Shown piece after piece: positions 48,417-56,951 of a stretch of 64,000 bases of DNA (its first letter is position 1; each line of letters starts with the position of its first letter). Both the position numbers and the translations under genes were made by a program. The notes under the pieces are model-generated. The model was given only the letters and a program-made list of their open reading frames with translations. It was not told the origin of the DNA and did not search any database. The DNA is from Nitrospirota bacterium (GTDB lineage Bacteria > Nitrospirota > Nitrospiria > Nitrospirales > Nitrospiraceae): positions 80,491 through 144,490 of the forward strand of contig CAVZKI010000007.1 in the NCBI GenBank assembly GCA_963775905.1, read 5' to 3'.

Positions 48417-48991
48417 GACCGACGACTCGGACGGCCGGGACCTTTCGTTCCGGTCACCAGACCCTTCGCTTCAGGAGACTGGAGCACGCTGTCCGTCTGT
48501 GTCCGACGGAACAATTTCACGCGAGCGGCAATCGCTGGATACCGGCCCGCCAGGATTTGCGCCGCAAGCAAACCGGCATTCTCCGCCCCTCCGATAGCCA
48601 CCGTGGCGACGGGAATCCCTCTTGGCATTTGCACGATGGAGAGGAGCGAATCAAGTCCGCGAAGATTCTCCGTCGGGATCGGGACCCCAATGACTGGCAG
48701 ATGCGTCTTCGCAGCCAGCATCCCGGGAAGATGGGCTGCCCCGCCGGCACCGGCAATAATGACTTCGATCCCCCGTCCTGAAGCCTGTTCTGCATAGGCG
48801 AACAAGCGATCCGGAGTCCGGTGCGCGGAAACGACTATCAATTCGTGTGGAATCCCGAGATCCGTCAGAATCGCAACGGCCTTTTCTAAGATCGGGAAAT
48901 CGGATTTGCTTCCACCCAACACCCCGACCAAGGGATGCGGACGATCCGTTCCTCGCCGCCGTGATTGTGGTCCTCTGCTGAGACGAGGCAT
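48413..48991 (-). CDS. purE: N5-carboxyaminoimidazole ribonucleotide mutase
   Basis: [17 protein letters not shown]...[11 protein letters not shown]...[13 protein letters not shown]. Confidence 0.92.
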
Positions 48992-49096
48992 ATTCGCGCG
49001 GGCCCTTCTCCCACGGCTCTCTGGCTCATGGCTCTTACCCGCACCTTAGCGATTCTATGACTGATGGTCAAGCTCGCCCCTCTCCACCAGCAATCC

Positions 49097-49124
49097 GTGA
49101 GACGTGAAACGTGAAGTGTGAGCG
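49097..49124 (+). repeat. Tandem heptamer array (GTGARNN x4)
   Basis: GTGAGAC GTGAAAC GTGAAGT GTGAGCG. Related arrays in the opposite orientation lie at 49995-50015 and 50890-50930. Confidence 0.6.
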
Positions 49125-49209
49125 AGATGGGCGAGACGTGCGCAACAGGCGCGACTCGCGAAGATGAAGCTTCCGACCCGTCCCGCGTGTCTCGCACGCC
49201 GCGGGCGAG

Positions 49210-49581
49210 CTAGTCCTGCAGTTCGGCTTGGACCGTGTCGAGGAGGGCCTTCATCTCAAAGGGCTTCTGAAGCGTGCTGTGGGCGCCCAACATTTTGGCG
49301 ACGTCGAGAAAGTTGAGAATGCCAATCATGTCACTGCCGCCGGTGATCGCGATGACTTTCACGTTCGGGAATTCTCGTCGCAACGTGGCGGTGCTCTCCA
49401 GACCATCCTGATCGGGCATGAGAATGTCCATAATAACCATGTCGGCCGGGGCCAGCCGATACTGCTGGAGGGCCTCCTTCCCATCACACGCTTCCGTGAC
49501 GTGATAGCCGGCCTGCTCCAATGTTTGGCGAATCAATTGGCGGATTTGGTCTTCATCATCGACGACAAGAATAGATGGCAT
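49210..49581 (-). CDS. Single-domain response regulator (CheY-like receiver)
   Basis: ATG 49581. ILVVDDE, MDILMPDQDG, AITGG and LQKPF are all canonical. Confidence 0.88.
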   Translation of the reverse strand: MPSILVVDDEDQIRQLIRQTLEQAGYHVTEACDGKEALQQYRLAPADMVIMDILMPDQDGLESTATLRREFPNVKVIAITGGSDMIGILNFLDVAKMLGAHSTLQKPFEMKALLDTVQAELQD

Positions 49582-49738
49582 CGTGTCCCTCGGCTTCGGT
49601 GAATGACTCCGGACCTCGGTTTCCCGCGCACTGTGCCTTCTAGCAGGCTGCAGACGGTTCAATGAAGGGTGGCAAGTATCAGGGATACAGAGGCGTGCGG
49701 GCTTGTTCAACAGGGAACGGGAACAAGGATATTTAATT

Positions 49739-49824
49739 TGGTGCCGAAGGCGGGACTTGAACCCGCACGGCTTGCGCCACACGCCCCTCAAACGTGCGTG
49801 TCTGCCATTTCACCACTTCGGCAC
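49739..49824 (-). tRNA. tRNA-Leu (anticodon GAG), class II with long variable arm, CCA encoded
   Basis: Reverse complement GTGCCGAAGTGGTGAAATGGCAGACACGCACGTTTGAGGGGCGTGTGGCGCAAGCCGTGCGGGTTCAAGTCCCGCCTTCGGCACCA. Acceptor GTGCCGA/TCGGCAC, anticodon loop TTGAGGG. Confidence 0.9.
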
Positions 49825-49825
49825 T

Positions 49826-49950
49826 TGGCAGGAGCTTGAAAAACCCCCGCAGCTGCGTTCTCGCGTCGCTCAAACCCTCAACGTACTCAGCAGTACGCCT
49901 TGGGCTTTCGCTTGCTGCGGCCTTGTTGCAGGGATTTTTGAAGCTCCTGC
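49826..49950 (+). repeat. Family A nested-hairpin repeat (short variant) abutting the tRNA-Leu 5' end
   Basis: GGCAGGAGCTTGAAAAAC ... GTACT-cagc-AGTAC ... GATTTTTGAAGCTCCTGC. Both arm sequences changed in a compensating way. Confidence 0.8.
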
Positions 49951-49994
49951 AACTCGAGATACTGGAGCAAACTGTCACGTTGTTTCGTGCCTGC

Positions 49995-50015
49995 GTTTCA
50001 CGTCTCACGCTTCAC
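49995..50015 (-). repeat. Tandem heptamer array
   Basis: Reverse complement GTGAAGC GTGAGAC GTGAAAC. Confidence 0.55.
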
Positions 50016-50062
50016 GAACGACGTTCCTGAGGGAGCCGCATTATAGAAGTGGCCCAAAATCC

Positions 50063-50091
50063 TTGTCAATCAATGGAGGCTCCGGTAGAAT
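50063..50091 (+). promoter_or_regulatory. Sigma70-type promoter candidate, 10 nt upstream of the HAD-hydrolase ATG
   Basis: TTGTCA, 17-nt spacer, TAGAAT, then CGGGCGGCTC ATG. Confidence 0.5.
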
Positions 50092-50101
50092 CGGGCGGCT
50101 C

Positions 50102-50836
50102 ATGCTCACCGGGTCCTCCAACGTTGTGCAAACTCACCACAGCCTCACTTCCACGCTCGATGATGTCGGTGAACGACGGGCGCAGGGGTCCGTCGCTGCG
50201 TTGTTCGACGTCGACAATACGCTCCTACCGGGAGAGGCCAGCGAGGTACTGTTCTTCGGGTTTCTGTGGCGACGTGGTCAGGTGGGATGGGGCGAGTTGA
50301 GGCGGAGCGCGACCTGGCTGGCGGGACACGTTCCCCCCTTCTCGCTGCACTCGCTCCGAGAACGAAAAGTGTATCTGACGGGCAAGCGCCCCGAGGACAT
50401 TGAATCGTATGCGCGGGAATTCTGTCAGGCCAAGATGATCGGCAGGCTATCCGTGCAGGGTCGCGCAAAGTTGGACGCGCATCGACAAGCCGGTCACCAG
50501 CTGATTCTTGTGACTGGCGCGCCTGATTTTTTGATCGCGCCCCTTGCGGAGTTTTTAGGCGTGCCAACGGTCTTCGCGGCGAAGCCGGAGCAACGGGATT
50601 CCGTCTATACTGGTGCGTTGATTCCCCCGTTGCCCTATGGCCGTGGCAAGCGTGAGCTGATCCTCGCCCACGCTCAGGGAATGGGCCTCGATCTGGCCGG
50701 CTCCTACGCCTATGGCGACAGCCCCGGCGATCGCGACATTCTTGAACTGGTCGGGCACCCCCTGGTGGTCAACCCGATCCGGGGCATGGCTCGCATGGCA
50801 CGCCGCCTCGGCTGGCCTGTCACAACGTGGAAGTAA
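50102..50836 (+). CDS. HAD-IB family hydrolase (SerB-like phosphatase family)
   Basis: ALFDVDNTLL motif I, LVTGAP, YGDSPGDRDIL. Start taken at ATG 50102. Confidence 0.8.
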   Translation: MLTGSSNVVQTHHSLTSTLDDVGERRAQGSVAALFDVDNTLLPGEASEVLFFGFLWRRGQVGWGELRRSATWLAGHVPPFSLHSLRERKVYLTGKRPEDIESYAREFCQAKMIGRLSVQGRAKLDAHRQAGHQLILVTGAPDFLIAPLAEFLGVPTVFAAKPEQRDSVYTGALIPPLPYGRGKRELILAHAQGMGLDLAGSYAYGDSPGDRDILELVGHPLVVNPIRGMARMARRLGWPVTTWK

Positions 50837-50889
50837 CGCCGTGAACCGTTCAACGTTAACCGATTCTGCGGTCATACAGTTTTCGCAAC

Positions 50890-50930
50890 GTTTGCGGCTC
50901 GCGTTTTACGATTAACGTTTCACGGTTCAC
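50890..50930 (-). repeat. Degenerate tandem heptamer array
   Basis: Reverse complement GTGAACC GTGAAAC GTTAATC GTAAAAC GCGAGCC GCAAAC. Confidence 0.45.
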
Positions 50931-50940
50931 GCCTTGAGTC

Positions 50941-51576
50941 ATGCGCATCACCGAGATCTTCCATAGCATTCAAGGGGAGTCGAGCTACGCTGGACAGCCC
51001 TGTGTGTTTGTACGACTGACCGGATGCCCGCTCCGCTGCACCTGGTGCGATACCGACTATGCCTTTTATGGGGGACACGAGTGCTCGATCGACGAGGCTC
51101 TGGCGAAGGTGCACACCTATGGGTGTCGCCTCGTGGAGGTCACCGGAGGGGAACCGCTTGTCCAGACTGAGAGTCTCCCGTTCATGACCAGACTGTGCGA
51201 TGCCGGGTATACGGTCCTCCTTGAGACCAGCGGCGCTGTCGATATTGCGCCGGTCGATCCACGTGCGCATGTCATCATGGATGTGAAATGTCCGGGTAGC
51301 GGCATGACGGATCGGATGCACTGGCCGAATCTTTCTGAGCTGGCAGCCAAAGACGAGGCGAAGTTTGTGTTGGCCGACCGAGCCGACTACGACTGGGCTC
51401 GTGAGATTCTTGCCCAGTATGACGTAGCAAGCCGCTGCACGGTGCTCTTCAGTCCGGTCTTCGGCTCGCTCGATGTGCGTGAGCTGGCCGAATGGATCCT
51501 GGCCGATAAGCTTCCGGTGCGGTTCCAGATGCAGCTGCATAAATATATTTGGGCGCCCGACATGCGAGGGGTATGA
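50941..51576 (+). CDS. queE: 7-carboxy-7-deazaguanine synthase (radical SAM)
   Basis: EIFHSIQGES...VFVRLTGCPLRCTWCDT. Confidence 0.92.
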   Translation: MRITEIFHSIQGESSYAGQPCVFVRLTGCPLRCTWCDTDYAFYGGHECSIDEALAKVHTYGCRLVEVTGGEPLVQTESLPFMTRLCDAGYTVLLETSGAVDIAPVDPRAHVIMDVKCPGSGMTDRMHWPNLSELAAKDEAKFVLADRADYDWAREILAQYDVASRCTVLFSPVFGSLDVRELAEWILADKLPVRFQMQLHKYIWAPDMRGV

Positions 51577-51663
51577 GAGATGTCATTGGTCAGGGGTCAT
51601 TGGTGGGGAAGCCTCTGTACCCATTGACCAGTGACGATTGACCAACGACAAGGAGTTTGGGAA

Positions 51664-53175
51664 ATGAAGATCATGCAGGTTACGGTACAGGTTGGGCGAG
51701 TGGAGACCATAGCGGCAGAGGTGTTGGTACTCACGCACTGTGAAGGAGAGCCATTGGCCAAACAGGATGCGGCCCTGCTCGATCGGGCCCTCGGGGGTTC
51801 GTTGAGCAAGCTGGTGCAATCCAAGGAATTCGAAGGCAAGGCCAACGAAGTATTGCTGTATCACACGCAAGGTACGGTACCGGCGAAGCGGCTGGTGCTG
51901 GTCGGTTTGGGCAAGAAGAACGAGGTGACGCTTGAGACGATCCGGCAAGCGATGGGCTCAGCGGCGAAGCGCGTCCGTCAGGCGAAGGTCGAGTCCTTTT
52001 CGGTGGCGCTGCCAACCGTGACACCTGCCGGGATGTCATGGGTCGAGATGGCGCAAGCGATGGTTGAAGGGGCGATCCTGGGCAGTTATCAGTTCACGGT
52101 TTATCGGAGCGAGGCTGCCTCAGGGCACGAAGTCGCGGGGATGAACATTCTCATTCCGAGGAAGGGTCAGCTGCGGCAGGTCACTGAAGGGGTCCGGCGC
52201 GGCGTCGCCACGGCAGAGGCCACCGTCTTTGTCCGCGACCTCTGTAATCATCCCTCCAACGTCCTGACGCCCACCAGGGTCGCCAACGAAGCGAAGACCA
52301 TCGCCAAGGCTGAAGGGATCACGATCAAGATTCTCGAGCAGAAGGAGATGGAGCGTTTGGGGATGGGCGCGCTGCTCGGCGTGGCACGCGGGAGCCAGGA
52401 GCCGCCCAAGTTCATCATCCTTGAATACAATGGGGCCAAGAACAAAGATGTGCGTCCGGTCGTGCTGGTCGGGAAAACGATCACCTTCGATACGGGAGGG
52501 ATCTCGCTGAAGCCTGCCGAAAATATGGAGCACATGAAGGCCGATATGACGGGGGGAGCCGAAGTCCTGGCTTCGATCAGAGCGGCGGCCAGACTCAAGC
52601 TCCCGCTGCGTCTTATCAGTATACTGCCCGTGGCGGAAAACATGCCGGGTGGCCGGGCGATGAAGCCGGGCGATATCGTGACGACGCTGTCGGGGAAGAC
52701 CGTCGAAGTGCAGAACACGGATGCGGAAGGCCGGCTCATCCTGGCCGACGGCCTCGCCTATGCGATGCGCTATAAGCCGGCGGCCTTGATCGACATTGCG
52801 ACGCTCACGGGGGCTTGCGTCGTGGCGCTCGGCCAATTTGCGATCGGGATGTTCGGGAGCGATCAGCCACTCAAAGAACAGGTCCGGAAGTCGGGACAGA
52901 AGGCCGGCGAGCGTGTGTGGGAGATGCCCTTGTGGGAGGAATATTTCGAACAGCTCAAGAGCGATGTCGCCGATATGCGCAACATCGGTGGCCGTGGCGG
53001 CGGCATGATTACCGCGGCGCTCTTTCTGAGCAAGTTCGTGGGGGACTGCCCGTGGGTGCATCTCGATATTGCCAGTACGGATTGGAGCGAGCGTGAACGG
53101 GCCTACATTCCGAAGGGTCCCACCGCGATTGGGACCAGGTTACTGGTGCAATACCTGATCGATCGGAGTCTCTAG
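51664..53175 (+). CDS. pepA: Leucyl aminopeptidase (M17)
   Basis: NTDAEGRLILADGL and VGKTITFDTGGISLKP. ATG 51664 preceded by AAGGAG. Confidence 0.92.
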   Translation: MKIMQVTVQVGRVETIAAEVLVLTHCEGEPLAKQDAALLDRALGGSLSKLVQSKEFEGKANEVLLYHTQGTVPAKRLVLVGLGKKNEVTLETIRQAMGSAAKRVRQAKVESFSVALPTVTPAGMSWVEMAQAMVEGAILGSYQFTVYRSEAASGHEVAGMNILIPRKGQLRQVTEGVRRGVATAEATVFVRDLCNHPSNVLTPTRVANEAKTIAKAEGITIKILEQKEMERLGMGALLGVARGSQEPPKFIILEYNGAKNKDVRPVVLVGKTITFDTGGISLKPAENMEHMKADMTGGAEVLASIRAAARLKLPLRLISILPVAENMPGGRAMKPGDIVTTLSGKTVEVQNTDAEGRLILADGLAYAMRYKPAALIDIATLTGACVVALGQFAIGMFGSDQPLKEQVRKSGQKAGERVWEMPLWEEYFEQLKSDVADMRNIGGRGGGMITAALFLSKFVGDCPWVHLDIASTDWSERERAYIPKGPTAIGTRLLVQYLIDRSL

Positions 53176-53262
53176 CAGGATGCTGAAAAAGTCCGCCAGC
53201 ACAAGAAGACCGTTGTTTGGTTTGTCTGGTTTATTGGTTAAACGAAACTAACGCAGATGAAC
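53173..53262 (+). repeat. Composite repeat: family A 5' stub plus family C palindrome
   Basis: TAGCAGGATGCTGAAAAAGTCCGCCAGCACAAGAAGACCGTTGTTTGGTTTGTCTGGTTTATTGGTTAAACGAAACTAACGCAGATGAAC. Its first 3 nt are the pepA stop codon. Confidence 0.85.
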
Positions 53263-53317
53263 TGTCCCTGCGTCTCGCCTGTCTCGCCAGTCTCTCGGCT
53301 TTTTGGAACGACATCGC

Positions 53318-54421
53318 ATGACCTCGCGCGAAAAGATCGGGCAGCTCTTCATGGTCGGGTTTCTGGGCACGTCGGTGACGCCCGATCTGGCCTCGTTCAT
53401 CAAAGAGTACAAGCCGGGCGGTGTTATTCTCTTCTCGCGAAATCTAGAATCCGTCGAGCAGATGGTCGACCTGACCAACGGCCTGCAAGCCTGCAGCCCC
53501 CATTCGCCGCTGTTGATCTCGATCGATCAAGAAGGTGGTCGGGTCTCCCGTCTTCCGAAGGGCTTTACGATTTTCCCCCCCTGCGACCTGTTGGGCCGCT
53601 GCAACTCAACCGAATTGGCCTACGCGGCTGCGGCCACCATTGCCAGAGAGCTGAGGGCGGTGGGCGTGAACATGAATATGGCGCCGGTGCTCGACGTGAA
53701 CAGCAATCCGGACAATCCGGTCATCGGCGACCGCGCGTTCGGTACGACGCCGGATGTGGTCTGTGAACTGGGGTTGGCGACGGCGGCGGGGCTGCAAGAC
53801 AACAAGGTCGTGGCCTGCGGGAAACACTTTCCCGGTCACGGCGATACGAATGCCGACTCCCACAAAGAACTTCCGGTGGTCGAGGCATCGCGTGAGCGAT
53901 TGGAGGCCATCGAGTTGCCCCCGTTCCGCCGTGCTGTTAAACAGGGTGTCGCATCGATGATGACCGCGCACGTGCTCTACCGGGCCCTCGATCACGAATT
54001 GCCGGCCACGCTCTCGCCGACCATCATCAACAATTTCTTGCGCCAGGAGCTGCGATACGACGGAGTGGTGTTGACGGATGACTTAGAAATGCACGCGATC
54101 ATCGACCATTATGGCATGGAAGACGCTGCGGTTCGTGCGGTGCTGGCGGGATGCGATGTCTTGTTGATTTGTAAAGATCGGGATAGGGAAGTCGCCGCCT
54201 TCGGAGCCGTGGAGCAGGCGGTGGCGGCAGGCACGATTTCCGTCGAGCGGTTAGACATTTCGGCGGCTCGAATCGCCCGCCTGAAAGACCGGTTTGTGTC
54301 GCCCTATAAGCCGGTGACGGTCTCCGATGCGAAGCTCATTGCGGGATGCCGAACTCATCAGTCGTTGTTGCACACGATCGAACAGGTTCAGGCGCGGTTA
54401 TCTAATCCGAAGTATTCTTGA
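53318..54421 (+). CDS. nagZ: Beta-N-acetylhexosaminidase (GH3)
   Basis: REKIGQLFMVGF, ISIDQEGGRVSRL and KHFPGHGDT. The start could also be 53303. Confidence 0.9.
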   Translation: MTSREKIGQLFMVGFLGTSVTPDLASFIKEYKPGGVILFSRNLESVEQMVDLTNGLQACSPHSPLLISIDQEGGRVSRLPKGFTIFPPCDLLGRCNSTELAYAAAATIARELRAVGVNMNMAPVLDVNSNPDNPVIGDRAFGTTPDVVCELGLATAAGLQDNKVVACGKHFPGHGDTNADSHKELPVVEASRERLEAIELPPFRRAVKQGVASMMTAHVLYRALDHELPATLSPTIINNFLRQELRYDGVVLTDDLEMHAIIDHYGMEDAAVRAVLAGCDVLLICKDRDREVAAFGAVEQAVAAGTISVERLDISAARIARLKDRFVSPYKPVTVSDAKLIAGCRTHQSLLHTIEQVQARLSNPKYS

Positions 54422-54473
54422 GCGCTTCCTTCCCCCTTGCAGGTTGTCGGCCGATTCCCCTACAGTGCGCTGC

Positions 54474-55013
54474 ATGATCCGCACATTTCAAGGTATCAAA
54501 CCCACCATTCCCACGTCCTGTTTTATCGAAGAGACCGGCGTCGTCATTGGCGATGTCGTGCTAGGCGAGCACTGCAGCGTCTGGTTCCATGCTGTCATTC
54601 GCGGGGACGTGCACTATATCAGGATCGGTGACCGGACTAACGTGCAGGATCTCTGTATGCTCCATGTCACCCACGATACCCATCCGCTGATCATCGGCAA
54701 CGAGGTGACCATCGGCCACGGGGTGATACTCCACGGCTGCACGATTAAGGATCGTGTGCTGATCGGCATGGGCGCCATCATGATGGATGGAGCCGTGATC
54801 GGGGAGGACTCGGTCGTGGGAGCCGGGGCCCTGATCACGGAGCAGACAATCGTCCCACCCAACAGCGTGATCCTTGGCTCACCCGCGAAGGTGAAACGAT
54901 CGGTCACGGCTGAAGAACTCGCGTGGATTAAGGAATCGGCGGAGAACTACGTGAGGTACGCAGACCAGTACCTGGCCGGCCCATCAAAAACCAAACCCGG
55001 CTTCCAAATCTAA
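54474..55013 (+). CDS. Gamma-carbonic-anhydrase-like hexapeptide-repeat protein (YrdA/PaaY family)
   Basis: ATG 54474. Left-handed beta-helix repeats, VIRGDV..IRIG..TNVQD...H. Confidence 0.88.
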   Translation: MIRTFQGIKPTIPTSCFIEETGVVIGDVVLGEHCSVWFHAVIRGDVHYIRIGDRTNVQDLCMLHVTHDTHPLIIGNEVTIGHGVILHGCTIKDRVLIGMGAIMMDGAVIGEDSVVGAGALITEQTIVPPNSVILGSPAKVKRSVTAEELAWIKESAENYVRYADQYLAGPSKTKPGFQI

Positions 55014-55350
55014 CAGGCTGCAGAAAAACTATGTTAGCACACCATAGCATCGATGCTCCGCACGTGTGAGATCACAGGAAAACACTCCCGCAGGATGCTC
55101 AAAAAGGCCAGACTTCTCACCCGCCCAACCCCGGCGCGCCGAGACGCGCCTTGTCCCGAGCAAGGCCGCAGCGAGTGAAGGCCCGAGGAGGTACAAACCG
55201 CACTTCGTGTGGGCCGTTCGCCTCTAGAATGGATCTTGGCGAACGGAAAAGCCCCTCCAGCGCTTCCGATCTCCGAGAATCTCTTTGGTACGTTAAGGGT
55301 CTGAACGATGCGAGAACGATGCTGGCGGACTTTTTTCAGCATCCTGCTAA
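55011..55350 (-). repeat. Family A nested-hairpin repeat, long form (340 bp), inverted twin of 29944-30285
   Basis: Occupies the entire gap between convergent genes. Its ends contain the TAA stop of 54474..55013 and the TGA stop of 55336..56053. Confidence 0.9.
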
Positions 55351-56053
55351 TATCTTGCCGATTTGAATAAAACAAATCGGATCTCCCACCAGTGCCGTCG
55401 GATAGTAGCGTTTCCCAACCCGGTAGGGCACTCGATGCCGGTGGCACCATTCTGCAATCCATATGACTTCTTCTGTGGTGGTCGTGACGAATCCAGGCCT
55501 CGCGAGCTTTCCCATGCAACGTGCAACCAATGCACGCACGATGCGGCGCTCTGTATCAAACTTCAGAGGGTCAAGTGTGAGAGGATTGCCTCGTCCATAA
55601 GACAGAGGCGACAGATGCGGGAACCGCTCAGGATCATTCAACACGCTGACCATCCAAAGATGGTCGAATCGGCCCTTTGCGCTGGCCGCATCACTCGCAT
55701 GGAACGTGAGGGGAATCGAGTGGCAGGCACGGTTGAGGGCTGCGACTTCGGCTCTCCGAAGATTATAGGGTTCCACCATCCGACCCAGCTCCACCGTTTC
55801 CAAAATCAAAGCGGGAAGTTCCGCCACTCCAGCGCCGACGTAAAGACTGCGGCCGCCCCGTCCTAGTTTCTGCCTCAACACCACGGCGACCCGACTCCCG
55901 AGACCGGTCACAGAGCCCTCGCTTCGCCCGCCAGAACTCATCGCCGCCTTCAAAACAGTAGACCGGTCCCAGTGCGTCATAGTCGAGACGGCCATAGACT
56001 TCGGTCAAGAGACGACGGGTTGCAGGGGCCAGCTTCGTGCGACTCGTCTTCAT
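55336..56053 (-). pseudogene. Hypothetical protein (possible Rossmann/SAM-methyltransferase-like) with one frame break
   Basis: ATG 56053 overlaps the M28 peptidase stop (ATGA), giving MKTSRTKLAPATRRLLTEVYGRLDYDALGPVYCFEGGDE. The protein-like sequence continues in ORF 55336..55995 (…SLYVGAGVAELPALILE…). The junction is at about 55925-55945. Confidence 0.5.
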
Positions 56054-56925
56054 GGTCGTACACCAGCGATCTGAATCGCGGTCGCGGTCACCGTCGCTGC
56101 CACGTTGGAGAGAAATTCGAGATTCAGTGTATCCACGGTATCAGTCTCACGATGGTAGTGCGGATTCCGGAAGTTCGCCGTATCGGTCAACATCACGGCT
56201 GGATAGCCTGCATCCCAGAACGAGGCATGGTCGCTGCGACGGGTATGAGGCATGGCCTCCCCTCGGCCTGGCACCACCAATGAAAGAGGCTTGAGCTGGG
56301 CCGCATGCCGCTGGGCCTCCTGTTCAAGCCGGAGCACCAAAGACCGGGAAGCCTCGTTGCCCACAATGGCGAGAAAGTCTCCCTGGGTCGGTACCGCAAT
56401 GGGTATATCGGGTGGAGCCTGCTGCGTGCCGGCCTCGCTCCTGGCGAACCCGACACATTCCAAAATAATTGCACCGGCCAACTCACGGCGTTCGGCTTTC
56501 AAGCGGGAGGCGAACGCCTGACTCCCTAGCCGATCCTGCTCCTCAAGACAGAATGCCACGAGCCAGATTGGGCGCGCGAGAGGTCGCGCGCTGAGGCGAG
56601 AAGCCACTTCGAGGAGGACCACGAGCCCACTTGCGTTATCATCCGCGCCCGGTGACCCGGACACGGTGTCGTAGTGGGCCCCGATCAGGAGGGGGGGCAA
56701 CTCCTCTCCTTGTCGGGGCCGGTCCGGGCTCCTGATCGCCACCACATTGCGATAGACCTTGTCCCACGCACTCACGAGCTGGCCGCCGGTGGCCCACCCA
56801 GACTTGGCAAACTGCGTCGCCAGATAGTGCGCCGCCCTCCGAAACGCGCGAGGACTCGTCTCAGGATGACGCTCGCCGACGAGGGCCTCAAGATGGCGGT
56901 TGATTCGAAGGCGCTGGGTCACCAC
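56050..56925 (-). CDS. M28 family metallopeptidase
   Basis: LLIGAHYDTVSGSPGADDNASGLVVLLE. Confidence 0.85.
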   Translation of the reverse strand: MVTQRLRINRHLEALVGERHPETSPRAFRRAAHYLATQFAKSGWATGGQLVSAWDKVYRNVVAIRSPDRPRQGEELPPLLIGAHYDTVSGSPGADDNASGLVVLLEVASRLSARPLARPIWLVAFCLEEQDRLGSQAFASRLKAERRELAGAIILECVGFARSEAGTQQAPPDIPIAVPTQGDFLAIVGNEASRSLVLRLEQEAQRHAAQLKPLSLVVPGRGEAMPHTRRSDHASFWDAGYPAVMLTDTANFRNPHYHRETDTVDTLNLEFLSNVAATVTATAIQIAGVRP

Positions 56926-56951
56926 GAAAAGAGACTGATCGGATTAACCGA

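Noticed and set aside
48992-49209. Purine/ZTP-type riboswitch in the purE leader, and preQ1 riboswitch upstream of queE (50837-50940)
   Set aside because: I could not recognise the conserved cores of these riboswitch classes. The regions are instead occupied by heptamer arrays. A cmscan against Rfam would be needed for a definitive answer.
49739-49824. tRNA-Leu (and tRNA-Val at 60551) as anchors of a genomic island
   Set aside because: The regions 3' of both tRNAs hold ordinary genes (response regulator and purEK; lipoprotein and TPR protein). There is no integrase and no duplicated tRNA 3' end.
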